The notes under the pieces are model-generated. The model saw only the letters and a program-made list of their open reading frames with translations, ran no database searches and was not told the DNA's origin. A stretch of 64,000 bases of DNA from NCBI RefSeq assembly GCF_009914755.1, contig NC_060932.1. The stretch is one strand, 5' to 3'. Shown here piece after piece: positions 48,880-64,000 of the stretch; positions within the stretch are counted from its first letter, which is position 1, and every line of letters starts with the position of its first letter. The position numbers and the translations under genes were made by a program. The DNA comes from the human T2T-CHM13v2.0 reference genome, Homo sapiens.

Positions 48880-49075
48880 ATGTGGCATGATAGAATGATT
48901 CCTGATTAGGCAGCAGACACAGGTTCTTATCCTAGTTCTAGTTAAATGTGACCCTCAGTATTCACTTCTTATTTCTGAAACCCAGTTTTTTCACCTATAG
49001 AATGGGTTTATAATTTGGAAAAACCCACATTGTTTGGATTGTGAGAATTAAAGGATCCTTCTGAAAGACTGATTA
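48880..49075 (+). mobile_element. MIR SINE
   Basis: tgtgaccctcag...ttctgaaacccagttttttcacctatagaatggg...ggattgtgagaattaaa. Confidence 0.65.
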
Positions 49076-49084
49076 ATTGTCATA

Positions 49085-49365
49085 GTCTGAAGGAGATTAA
49101 GGAAACATAATGATTAAATGCAGTGTGGTTTCCTGGCTTGATTCTAGAAGAGAAAACAGGACATTGTTGGAAAAACTAGTGAAATCTGAATAAAGTCTGT
49201 AGTGTAGCTAATGGTGTTTTGTCATTATTAATTTGTTAATGAACTGCATCATGGAAATATAAGATATTGACATTAAGGAAAGCTGGGTAAATGGCATACA
49301 GGAGCTCTCTATATTGTCTTTGAAATTCTTAGGTAAATCTAAAATTATTTCAAAAATTTAAAAAA
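49085..49365 (+). mobile_element. L1MC4-like 3' end
   Basis: taaatgcagtgtgg...ggacatt...gtgaaatctgaataaagtctgtag...gtaaatctaaaattatttt. Confidence 0.85.
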
Positions 49366-49889
49366 CAGAGTCCTTCTACTGCAAACATGTTTCCCTGTCT
49401 TTACAGCCTGATTCAGTTCTATTTGTCTTGCAAAGCCCAGATCATATGTTATTTCCCTGATAATGTCTTACCCAGCTTCTTTAAGGAGTTTCTGCTTCCT
49501 TCCTCAGTTCCTTTGACTTTTACATACCACCAATCCAGAAGGCCTTTGGTTCTATTGAACCTTAAATCCCTTATCCAGCATTTACTAGAGATCTGTTTGG
49601 ATAAAAGCAGGTTATTTTGAAATGCAAATGTATCTGACAGAGTGAAAAGCTATCAATCACTCATGTCTGAGGTTGATTTGCTTCAATGGCAGTAGAAATC
49701 TTTTAATGTTGGAGAAAAATGAGGATGGGGAAAGATCTGGAGGCAGGAAGCCATGGTCACCTGAAGGATTGAAACAGAGGGATCCAGAATGAAGGAGAAA
49801 GATTAAGAAAGGCTGCTGAAACATAACACATATAAACGTGTCTGACAGGTTATCTTCCCTAATGCCTTTAGGAAAATGTTTGGCTTTAT

Positions 49890-50303
49890 AGTGTTTCCTG
49901 GTTTAGGTTTCCTTGGAAAGTTACCACAAGTCCAGTAATTTATGTGAGAATTGATTGCAAGAAACACTAATAATGGGGTGGGAAAGTAATACAGAGAAGA
50001 TGGCCAACAACAAATGCATGATCAACCCAGTTACCACTATAACAAGAACTTAATCCCACTGGGGGACTCTGAAAATCAATAATATGTGAGTCTCAGAGTT
50101 TTCCCATCCAAAGGGTAGAGGAATCAGAGTATTTATATGCCAACCTCCATCATCCATCATCAGTTGTCTGCTTTGTGCAGGGAATGCTCTCTAGAACACC
50201 CAGCCTACCTTGGCGCTGCCACTGGAAGTTCTCAGGCAGGACACTGGCTGCCTTGCACAGAGAAGGAGGGTTTATAGCTGGGGTTCCAATAGCTTCTGCT
50301 ACA
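49890..50303 (-). mobile_element. LTR16-like ERVL LTR
   Basis: ccagttaccact...cttaatcccactggggga...gtatttatatgccaac...gcttctgctaca. Confidence 0.65.
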
Positions 50304-51997
50304 GAGTAAGAGAAATCTGCTTGCTTCAAACTAATAGGAGAAGCTTCGACAAGTTATGCTGCACCCTTTCCTTTGACTATGATGGAGGCAAATCATCATA
50401 GGGTTGTTGAGAAAATGAAAAGATTAATTGTGTAGATGATTTAATTCATGGTCTCCAACATGAAACTTACTCAATAATTATTCTGTCTGCACCCAGGCTG
50501 TCCTCAGACTATACCCACTCTGACTGTGGCACAGACCCAGAGCTCCAGACTCAAAGACTTTACTGGGGAATGGAAATCAATTGCACCCATGACTGCATAA
50601 TTCCAGGCTGATATAAGGAATGTTTCCCCTCAACTGGAGGGTCAGGGGGCAAAATGAGGGTGGAGGAGGGAAGAAAGTAGGAAATAGAAACCAACATCAT
50701 GGCAGTTAAATGACTCTTTCACTGGATTTTTGAAACCCATGGAAGGATGCAGGAAAGTCTGTCTCTGTATCTTTCTCATGGGGTCTCCCAGAGATCAATT
50801 CTTCATAACGCCCCATCAGACCCTCAACATATGTATTACATATTCCAGCCTGCAGGTTTGAGGCACCAAGATGTTTTTAACGAAGTGCATTGATGGTGCT
50901 TTGCCAAAAGCTACTCATAGAAAAACTAATATATTTTCCATTTCTTGGGTCCTTAGGGAAAGATAATATTATAAACCATTATCCAGAGATTCTTCTTAAG
51001 ACTTTCCCAGCTTGACAGCTCTTTTAGTCTCATATTTTTTTTCCTTGAAGGCTATTTCAATTGTTTACACACCAGTGTTTTCTGAACTCCCCTTTTCATC
51101 TAAAACCTGACAAGGTTAAACATGAGTCACACATTTTAAACATAAACCTCATGCTGCTAAACTTCAAATAACTGGTACCAAACAATAGCAGACCCTCCAA
51201 TAACTGAAATTTAGTGAGCAGTACTTTGGGGAGCAAAGAAGAAAATGTCAATATATCAATCTGAAAATTCTTTTAGCAGCATCTTGCAGAGAATTATTTG
51301 AGATTATTCACAATCAGTTGACCCTTTCAATCATCTTATATTTTTATCTCTATTTGTATGACCGAAAGAAAACTACTACAAGATCATGGTCGCCTAAAAA
51401 GACCCATTTATTCTTACAATACTGGACCTAGTAATAAAGACAAGTGGGTCAACACTTTTTCTCTATTTAACTAAGAAAATAATGCTGATCAACTTCCCGG
51501 ATTAAACCTTAGGACTAAATAAGGCTTATCTGCCATTACAGAGGGGCAAGTTATGAAGGTAAAATTCAACAATTAGTTAATTAGTCACAAAATGTTGGCC
51601 ATTTCTTCTCTGAGGGCCTCTCACACCAGCACCTTCCCTTCTATTCTTTTTGCCATCCTCATTTTCAAATTCTCACTTCCACACAATCAGAGATTTCAGT
51701 GGGCATTTCAGTGGACACCACTCTGCCTCAATCAATCCAGACCATGTGCTTGATTACTTCAATTCATTCTGTCACACATTTGCTCAGAAATATATAGCAG
51801 TTCTCTCCGTCTCAGAGGAAAAAGTGGTAACTTCTGTAGGGTAGGATGTGGATCCCAGGCTCAGTCTCCACTAATTCACTATATAAATCTTCACTTCTTG
51901 CAGGCTAATCTCTTTGCAGTCTCCCAAATACATCTCATGATTTTTTATTTTCACATGTTTGGCCTTTGTTTTTTTCTCCTATTCAAATACCACCCAC

Positions 51998-53133
<1,136 letters not shown>

Positions 53134-53549
53134 CAAATACCACCCACCTGACTAAAAATGCTTCTTCTCCACAAACCTCACTGAAGCATAAAAAAAGACA
53201 TGATGGAAAAGATTGATAGATGAAGTAGGGGAGGGGTAATGGTTCTGGAGACACTAGTGGCTTTGAATCTTACCTTTGCAGTGTGTAAGCTTTGTGATGG
53301 AAGGTAAATTTCCGAACCTTTTTGAGTTTACTTTATAAACAACTGTATAAAGTTTATTGAGTTTTTGATTGAAATAAAGAAGATGAGATGCAAATTGTCC
53401 AGAAAATATTAATTGATTTGTTTATTCAACAATTTTTAATTAACTTCCTACTAATATTTATGTCACCGTAGCATGAAGAAGCCATCACTTAACTTGACTG
53501 GGTGATTTTAATCAAGTGACTACTCAGTACGTAATATTGCTACAGTATT

Positions 53550-54395
<846 letters not shown>

Positions 54396-54505
54396 TAGCT
54401 GCCTTGTTTATTTGGTGCAAATACGCTATAGAGCCATGCAAGAAAAGAATAGAGCATTTCGGCAACAGGTTCATAATCCCCAAAATACTAGGACTGTGCA
54501 TCTTT

Positions 54506-54766
54506 TTTTCTTTTTTTTTTTTTTTGAGGCGGAGTCTTGCTCTGTCTCCCAGGCTGGAGTTCAGTGGCGCTATTATCTCAGCTCACTGCAAGCCCCGCAG
54601 GTTCACGCCATTCCCCTGCTCCCGAGTAGCTGGGACTACAGGCGCCTGCCACCACGCCTGGCTGATTTTTTGTATTTTTAGTAGAGATGGGGTTTCACCG
54701 TGTTAGCCAGGATGGTCTCAATCTCCTGACCTCGTGATCCGCCCGCCCGCCGCGGCCTCCCAAAGT
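54506..54766 (-). mobile_element. 5'-truncated AluY with multiple indels
   Basis: Ends at cccaaagt; perfect 15-bp TSD ggactgtgcatcttt. Confidence 0.95.
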
Positions 54767-55243
54767 GGACTGTGCATCTTTATTGGGATGAAATATAAGC
54801 AAAGGGAGAAAAGGTTATATTATGTATCCTCATTCTCTTTTCAGAAATTTTAAATGAGAACCCATACATCAGATGATTAGAATTCAGGAACCTCTAACGG
54901 GCTAAAATTTTATTTATTTATTTTTAACTTTTACACAGCTTTGTAACATGTAACCTTCAAGTGAGAGTACTTAATGCCTCTTAGAGAAAGTTAGATACTG
55001 TGCTCACTTTTATTATTTGTTAAGGATGTGTTTACAATAATGAAAATATACATTATAGCAGACCTTTCCTATTCCTCATTCCTAAACACATGGGATCCAA
55101 ATTCCAGAAGATAAATTTCCCTATGATGAATGAAGAGTAGTGAGTCAAATCTACACTATTTTGGCTAAACATAGAGAATTTTAACCATCAAAACTGTCAT
55201 TAACTGTTGTGAACTGCTTCAATGTGTAGTGAATTTCCTGTCA

Positions 55244-55666
<423 letters not shown>

Positions 55667-56544
55667 CTAAACCATAACCTAGTGCAATAATGTTGTAATG
55701 TTATAATGTTGCAATGGTAAAATGGCAGTAATATATTTCTGGTGTAGCACAGAGTTCTTGCAATTCCCCCATAATAAGGAAGAGGTTGCAGAGGATATGT
55801 TATCCTCTCATAGACTGCCACTAATTTCCAGGATATTTTCTCCTCAATATTCATAGCACAGAGTGGGTAATCTTAACATGAAAGAGACATTGTGCAAATT
55901 GCTTCTTCTTGGCATCTAGAGAAGCATGCATTTGGCATCTTCCTCCAGTTGCAAAGGGAAAATCCAGAGAGAGTTGGCAGAGCCAACAGAGGACCAGCCC
56001 TTTCCAGTACACTGTCATATATCTCTCTTCAGCTTGTCTTATGCCAGAGGCAAGGGGAAAGATTCTGTGAGCGCCCAGCTAAGTATTAGCATTTCATTTT
56101 CTAAGTACAAACTTCTCCCTAAAAAAAGGAAATTGAAATCACTGATAATCTGACACCTCTTCCACCTCCCCCATTCCCAGGCCAGTTTCTGCCTCAGAGG
56201 AGAATCTTTTCAGCTGTAATAATAACTTCCAGGTGGGAAAGTTAGCTTGTTCAAATCTGTTTCCTCTTCTCAATAGCCTACCATATCTACCCAGCCATCT
56301 GCCAACCCGCTCTGAATCTTACTTATCTAGGCTCCCTGAAAAAAGGGATAGCCCTAGAGGTATTGGTGCTAAAATTTTAAATGGGAATTAAAAAAAAAGG
56401 GAAGTATTGAAAAGACAGAGTTGTGAAAGAGAAGAGGATATTGACAAAAGGGTATCTATACTAGTCTTGTTTGCAAATAGTGTCACGTAGAGCTCTCAAT
56501 TCATGCTCGCGCCAGAGGAGGAATGAAGCTACAGAAAGAGAAAT

Positions 56545-56929
56545 CTCGCTTATATGAGGAATCTAAAAAAGTTGAACTCATAGAAGTAGAGAGTATAGTA
56601 GTAGCTACCAGAGGCTGGGGAAGAGGGGCAGACAGGGGAAAGGGAAATGTTAATCACGGGCACAAAGTTTCAGTTATACAAGAGGAATGGCTTTAGTGAT
56701 CGAGTGCACAGAATAGTCACAATAAGAAATAAATAACATATATTTTAAAATTACTAAAAGAGGAGATATTAAGTATTTTCATCACACAAACACACAAAAA
56801 AGATCAGTATGTGAGGTGGTAGATTTATTAATCAGCTTGATTTAATTATTCTATAATGTAAACATTTATCAAAAAAATTATAACCCATAATATATAAAAT
56901 TATTGTTTGTCAATTAAAAGTTTAAAGAA
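56545..56929 (+). mobile_element. L1MA5/6-like 3' end
   Basis: gaatctaaaaaagttgaactcatagaagtagagag...ttgtcaattaaaa; TSD agaaagagaaat at 56533 and 57288. Confidence 0.9.
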
Positions 56930-57210
56930 GGCTGGGCACAGTGGCTCACGCCTATAATCCCAGCACTTTGGGAGGCCAAGGCAGGCAGATCACGAGGTCA
57001 GGAGTTCGAGACCAGCCTGGCCAATATGGTGAAACCCCCATCTCTGCTAAAAATACAAAAATTAGCCAAACATGGTGGCACATACTTGTAATCTCAGCTA
57101 CTCAGGAGGCTGAGACAGGAGAATTGCCTGAACCTGGAAGGCGGAGGTTTCAGTGAGCCGAGATCGTGCCACTGTACTCCAGCCTGGGCAACAGAGTGAG
57201 ACTCCATCTC

Positions 57211-57249
<39 letters not shown>

Positions 57250-57278
57250 AAAAAATAAAATAAAATAAAATAAAAATG
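56930..57278 (+). mobile_element. AluSg with (TAAA)n tail, inserted in the L1 poly-A
   Basis: gatcacgaggtcaggagttcgagaccagcctggccaa; TSD taaagaa. Confidence 0.95.
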
Positions 57279-57299
57279 TAAAGAAAAAGAAAGAGAAAT

Positions 57300-57440
57300 G
57301 CCTTGGGATGAGGCTACCTAGTCTGTCCTGTTCTGACACAAATAACTATGTGATCTTGAGTAATGCCTTTCATCCATCTGGGTCTCAATTTCTTTATCTG
57401 TAAAATGTTGCCTTGATCTAGATAGTTTCCTGAATAATGC
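57300..57440 (+). mobile_element. MIR fragment
   Basis: taactatgtgatcttgag...tctgggtctcaatttctttatctgtaaaatg. Confidence 0.7.
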
Positions 57441-57962
57441 AAATTTAAGGCAAGTATTTATGGGAGAAAAGGAAAAAATGAGTTGACAATAGGGCGGGGG
57501 CGTTCAGCTATTGGGCAGTTGTGACATATTCTGTTTGTTTAGCAGGATGATGAAGACGTTGAAATGTCATTGGCACAAAACTGCAAAATGGTGAAAACTT
57601 ACCCAATGTCTCCTTTTTCATGTATGACAAACTGTCAAGATATGGTAATTAAGGGAGAAGAGCTTGATAAAGATCCAAAGGTAGAACATTCTTAGGAAAC
57701 TGTACCTGCTGTTGACATGTGTAAAGCATGAGAATTTCTTTGTAAGTAAGACTAACAATTCCAGCTCCATTGACTTTGTTTTAAATTATTTCTGAACGAT
57801 CTATGCCAAAGTGATGAAAAATACTTTATGGATAAAACCTAGCCCCTCTCAACCTTCTTTTATACTAGTGATTAGAGGTTTAAGTGTGAAAAATTGCAGT
57901 GTATTTAGATGTAATGTTTCTATCTGTATCAATCCTTGGACATGTCGATCTCATAAAGAAAT

Positions 57963-58006
57963 CACACACACACACACACACAGACACACATACACACACA
58001 CACTCA
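57963..58006. repeat. (CA)n microsatellite
   Basis: Read directly from sequence. Confidence 0.9.
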
Positions 58007-59249
58007 CAATCCTGGATCAGATTTCTAGTCAAATGTAACCCTTAAATATTACTGCCTCCTGTTACAGCTCTACATATGCTATTTGTCTTGTTCCACTTTA
58101 GAAGAAAATTAAAGCCAAGCCTTCTTTCTCACCATCAACAATTGCCCTACTTGTCTGTTTAGTCAAACAAGCATTCCTTAGCTAAAGGAATCCCCCCCAA
58201 AATCTCACAAAAATCATCTCCTTATCTTTGCTAGTTTGTTGCAAGAATGCTAAGCCTGAGTCTCTTAAGACCTGAGAAATATATTATTTCTTTCAATTTT
58301 TTTTTTATCAGCCTCAAAGTCAACTGAGGAAGGAGATGACGTAAGGCAGGAGGGAAAAGGCAATGAGGACTAAAAGAGGAAGCAAAGATCACTGTCCATA
58401 AAAAGCTATTCAGATCACTAGGGAGGCAAGATTTTAAAACAAAAAAAGAAAAAGCATAAGTTACATAAGAACATAACACAAAGTCACATTAACACAGAGG
58501 ACAAAGTATAGCACTTGAGTGGTGCATATTCAATAGCAGTAGCTTATAGATCTGGGTCTGGTCTGGCTTTAGCTGATTATCCTGTGATTTCAGCTCCATT
58601 TCTTGCCACACACTCACTCATAGACTACATCCTCCCACCTTATCAAAGTACCTGTATGTCCCTCCCGACCACCTTCTCTCCCCACCATGCCCTCTCTTTC
58701 ATTTGTAATGTGGATCCTTCTGCCTGGATTTCCCTTCATCTTCTTGAGTGCTCAGAAGACTTCAACACATCTATGCAGATATTTTCTCTCTGATAAAGCC
58801 TTCACTAACTAATGTGAGCACAATCAATAGCTCTTTCCTCAAAGTTTTTAGAGCAATTTATGCACGGCGTGCATATCAATGCTGGCATTTTAGCCGTGTA
58901 TTATTATCTTTTGTTTATATGTTGCTGTTTCCCAAACCTCTATGCTCCCTCTGTCTTCTTCTTGGGAATTCTCATTCACTACTATCACATCAATGGCCAC
59001 TTATGATCTGATGCTGACTCATAGACATGCAACTCGGCCAAGACATACTCATGGTTCCCTGCCTGCCATACACAGATGCATGCTTACTGAACATTTCTAC
59101 ATGGAGTATTTGCTTGCAGCTTTCACTATCGAACGTGATCCTGTTTATGCATTTATTTGTAGTTTATTTTCTGTCTCCTTGAACCCTTGCTTTTATGAAG
59201 CAGTTAGCTACTGCTTAAAAGAGTGTCTAGCTTATAATCAACAGATATT

Positions 59250-60015
59250 TTTTAAGTATTTACCCCAACATGAACTCATTATCTTTCCTGCAAAGTTTAT
59301 ACAACCTCTTGAGCTCTCTGCTTTGATTGACATAACCATTTACCCAGTCACTTAAAACAGAAGTCATTTCAAATAACTTCCGGTTTTACTCCTAACATTT
59401 AATTGGAGGATGAGTTCTTCTTAACATTCTCTTACCTATTTCCACAATCACTGCCTCACACAGGCATTCATCATCTCCTGAAATACGGCATTAATCACTT
59501 AACTGCTCTCCTCACCTGTGGACTTACCCTCTTCAAATCACCTACTAATCTGCTTCAGTGATATTTTTGAACAACAAATCTGGGTATATGATTCCATTAC
59601 TCTAAGCTTTTAAATGATTCCCCTTTGCTTACAGGATTAGGCCCTGTAAAATCCCTAGCTGTCGTGTTTGGAAATGTTGTAGCTGCTTCTCTTGGTTCAC
59701 TCACTTGCGAATTACCTACTTTCCTTTAGAGATGCAACCTAGACATCACATCCTACATGAAACCCTTTTCAAATCTCAGTGCTCCCAATTAAAAGGAACA
59801 CTCCTTCTGTGCTGTGCCCACAGGCCCTTGTGTGTGCATCTACCATGGAAGCTGTAGGTTATACCCCATGCCTTAGTTTACATGTCCACTCCCCCTGATA
59901 GAGGGTGAACTCCCTAATGGCCAGGACTGTGTTCATTCAACTCTGCCTCCAATAACATGGTATAAAATATAGTAACTGTTCATTATAAGTTTACTGAATA
60001 AAGGAATGAATGAAA
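59250..60015 (+). mobile_element. L2 (L2c-like) 3' region
   Basis: tgaactcattatctttcc...accatttacccagtcactt...ggccaggactgtgt...tgaataaaggaatgaatgaa tail. Confidence 0.75.
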
Positions 60016-61109
60016 CAGACTAATCTAGTTTTTTCTACCTTTTTTTAGATCTGGAGTGTTGGGATAATGTCCTATTCATTTGTGATCCCTTTTGTCTAGT
60101 ACAGTTTGGGCTAATAGCAAAGGTTCTAGAAGATGATGCTGAAGGAGACAAAAGGAGGAAAGGAAGGAGCATGGAAGTATAACTTAGGTGGAGAGGAATA
60201 CAGGGTCTTTCAGGGGAGCAGTAGAATCAGGTTATGGTTAAATAACCTATCAGCCTTTGCCACCATGTCCTATTATAATTCTTCCTGCTTTCTCATTGCA
60301 TAGGGACAGATAGTAGAGTCTCAATCAAGACTTGACCCGTAGGGTGTCTGCTGAGATACTGCATTTCATAATGACAAATAAATCTTTCGGCCAACTAAGT
60401 GGCAACTTGTCTTTTGCGGACAGAATAAGCATTAATACGTACCTAGCTGAACACACTTGCCTGATTGTTGTTGATTTTAGTTAGTTGTACAGAGAGTGAC
60501 TATTTGCTTTAGCTAACTTTCAAGTAATTTCTTCTGGAACTCCCTTCATTTTAGAACTTCTTTGTGACAAGAATTCACTTCTAAATCTCAGTCTGTGGAT
60601 TAAGAACACATAAGTGTTAGTAGAGATATGGGAGGGGTTATGAATCTGCCTTGCATCCAAGTCTATGATTAGATTGGAAGAAATTACCTATAGAAAAAGT
60701 ATGTTTTTAAGTGCATATTGATGCAGTGGAATGAATACAAATTTATATTAAAAGGGATTGAATCTAGAGCAGCTTTTCCTTGATATATTCCTTGGTGATC
60801 AACTAATCCTGAAATTATGAAACTATCACATTTTTGTTTGGCAGTATCTGTGACATCTTTGGGAATTATAAAATTATAGACTAAAAGAATCAGCCACCAT
60901 AGTTTGGCTTAGGTTTAGAGCCACATAGTCCTTTAGATCTTGTTCATTTCTCTGCCATATGCATGAATTCTCTAACAGAATCCTAAATAAATAATTTTCT
61001 GGGAACTACTTTTCTTTCTCACTTATTTTATCTGCCTGCCAACTTTTCTATCTGCTTGTGTACCTTCATGTTCTTATTTTCTCTATCTTATTACATAGAA
61101 TACTTCAGG

Positions 61110-61815
61110 TCTTTGGTGACTGAGAACACCATGCCCCAAACTGAACTCTCTCTTTCCCCATCCCCACTCCTGCTCCTCCTGAATAGCCTCCCATCAGTGG
61201 GTGGTAATGCCATCCATCCAGTTGTTCTCCCCAAAAATCTTAGAATATCCTTTGTTCTCTCTCCAGATATACCCTAAACTTACTCACCTGTTACTACCCA
61301 TCATTACTAACATGTTGGTCCCAGCCAACATCGCCTGTGCCCTGGACAGCTGCAATGGCCTCTTGATAGTTTTCCTACCTCTACCCTTGTTCTGTGGTCT
61401 GTTCTTAGCTCAGCAGCCCATTGGATCATGTCCTTCAATCACTCAATTGCTCAATACCCCTTAACCCATTTCCCATTTTGCTGAAACCCCTTAACCCATC
61501 ACCTCCTATCTCATTCAGAGTAAAAGCCAAAATCTCTACAGCAGCCTACAAGGCTGCACATGATCTAGCCCCTGCTCCCTTTCCTACTTTATCTGTTACA
61601 AATCTCTTACTTGTTCATTCTGCTCCAGCTACACTGGTGTCCTTGCTGCTTTGAATATGGCAGGAATTACCCTTCCAAACAGCCTTTGTGCAGGGTCTAT
61701 TTCCTTTATCCAGAACACTCTTCCTTCATATAACCTCATGTTAATTTTTGTGCCCCCTTTGAATCAAGGCCAATTCAAGTAGGTCTACCATGATAATCTT
61801 TTTAAAAATTGCTAC
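61110..61815 (+). mobile_element. L2a 3' region
   Basis: ccatgccccaaactgaactc...cagagtaaaagccaaaatc...tctgctccagctacactgg. Confidence 0.8.
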
Positions 61816-61932
61816 CTATGATTTCTGGTTCCAGGCTGTACAAGTAAGGAGCCTGGAGGTCATCTGGTGCCTGGCCCAGGTGGGTAAAAGGTGACATGTG
61901 GAACTCAAAAAAGGAAAATTCAGGTCAGTCTT

Positions 61933-62633
<701 letters not shown>

Positions 62634-62908
62634 GTCTTTATACCCCTGAGCCTGCTGGAATTATTCAAACTACCACTCCTAAACCTGCTTACCCTACCTT
62701 GCCTGTCCCTTTTTGCTGAAACCTCAATGAAGACTCAGATTCATTTTGTTCCCCTTTCTCTTTCTGCCTCTTGACCAACCTGGTGCTTCCCTGTGTAGCC
62801 TTGTTTCTAGAAATCTGTGAGTATCAAGACTTCTTCCTTCATGACAGTCATTTCCACGTCTGCATGTTTTACCATATGCCATGCAAACCCTGGGTTTATT
62901 TTAAAACA
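62634..62908 (+). mobile_element. MER74-like ERVL LTR, 3' half
   Basis: cctaaacctgcttaccct...ctggtgcttccctgtgt...ctgtgagta...catgacagtcatttcc...ttttaaaaca. Confidence 0.7.
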
Positions 62909-64000
62909 ATTGGAACAGGGGAGTTTGACACCAGAGGGAGATGTTATGTCTTCAAGCTACTCTTGGTTTACGAACTGGATCTGACAGACAGCAGCCACTC
63001 ACTGGGAAAGCATGGCTGGTTGTTGTTGCACTTGCTGCTTGATGGCTGCTGCATTGTGTTGTTTTTGTCAAGTGTTGCCATGAATTCCTAGCCTAAAATT
63101 GAGGAGCTTAGAAAGCAAAGTCTTCCCTGAGCTGCTTCATAAGATACATCTGGGACTAAGGGCCTGGGGGAACTCAACATATTTCTCCCTGTTGGCAGAG
63201 CATCCAGGGTCCAGGACACAGTACCCGTAAGATAATTGAGTATGTCAGTTTCTCCAAAAGGTCCCTCCAAGCAGATAAGGAGTGATTACCCTGTAGTGCC
63301 TAGTAGGACAAATCTGATTCACTGACCCACTAAACAGTGGTAGCACTGAAAATTGGTGGGCCAACTGACTCATTTATGTAAAAGTGCCTCATGTCCAGGA
63401 TGTTATGTGCTCCTGGGGGCATTGTATAAACCACTTTCCCTTTTCCTTCTGAGCTTTGCTGAGTCAAATTTCCTCCATTCCACAGGGTCGTGGGAGTGCA
63501 CTGCCTGCACACTGGCTCATGTGCTATGGGCCATTCCTAGAACTCCTCCTTAGGGGATCACAGCAATCTGCAAATATTGCTGTTGAGATCATAAACTTCT
63601 CTGCTATCGTCCTCTTGTTACTGAGATGTGCCTCTCAAACCAATGTGATACAGGATGTCTTATCTCTGTAGACCAGTCACTCAATGTTTAATAAAAAATG
63701 AGAAAGAAAAAGAACAACTGGATCCAGCCATCCACCCCCCCCAAATTTTCTGAACAGGTGTTTCAATTAATTTTAAAAGTACCTAATCAATGAGCATTGG
63801 CTGTCTTAAGTGCTGCTAAGGGTCTCATACTCCAAACAGAAAATGTGAAGGAGAAAGCTAATGCCGCTATTGCCCTCTTGATGGAAACCCTGACCCTCTG
63901 AGATTGAGTGGGACATCCTAGAAAGTGAGGCCACTGCTCACAGCAGAGGTCACTTGGGGTCATCAGGAGCTTATCAGGTAAATACTAAAGGAAACATAAA
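62909..64000 (+). mobile_element. probable degenerate ERVL internal region (HERVL74-int-like)
   Basis: Starts right after the LTR's CA end with TTGG at the PBS position; higher-GC sequence not matching SINE/LINE runs to the window end; no intact ORF. Confidence 0.4.

Noticed and set aside
55688-55727. Short AATGTT(G/A)(T/C) 8-bp repeats
   Set aside because: Degenerate low-complexity slippage repeat with three to four units; not a CRISPR or other array.
61441-61500. Degenerate 30-bp tandem (accccttaacccat x2), superficially telomere-like
   Set aside because: An old local duplication inside L2; no TTAGGG array.

Overview
This is repeat-rich primate (probably human) intergenic or deep-intronic DNA, AT-rich and with no CpG island. 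I find no credible protein-coding gene, structural RNA gene or processed pseudogene. The listed ORFs fall in Alu, L1, LTR or microsatellite sequence, or look like chance ORFs. The window holds about 20 Alus (J, S, Y and one Ye5-type), several L1s of different ages, L2 and MIR relics, MaLR/ERVL LTRs (THE1 x3, MSTB, MLT1 x2, LTR47-like x2, LTR33/LTR16-like, and a MER74-like LTR with probable internal sequence) and hAT DNA transposons (MER45C, MER5A). I cannot support a new biological system here. The most interesting signals are rearrangement scars readable from the sequence: an inverted pair of LTR47-like LTRs, a twin-primed inverted L1, a templated fold-back insertion, a perfect 57-bp tandem duplication, a TSD-less AluY that probably marks an Alu-Alu recombination deletion, and an Alu replacing about 70 bp of L1. 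There is also a candidate non-coding exon and regulatory cluster at 28.1-29.5 kb. Repeat subfamily names come from my recollection of consensus sequences and need RepeatMasker/Dfam confirmation. Boundaries of old repeats are approximate.
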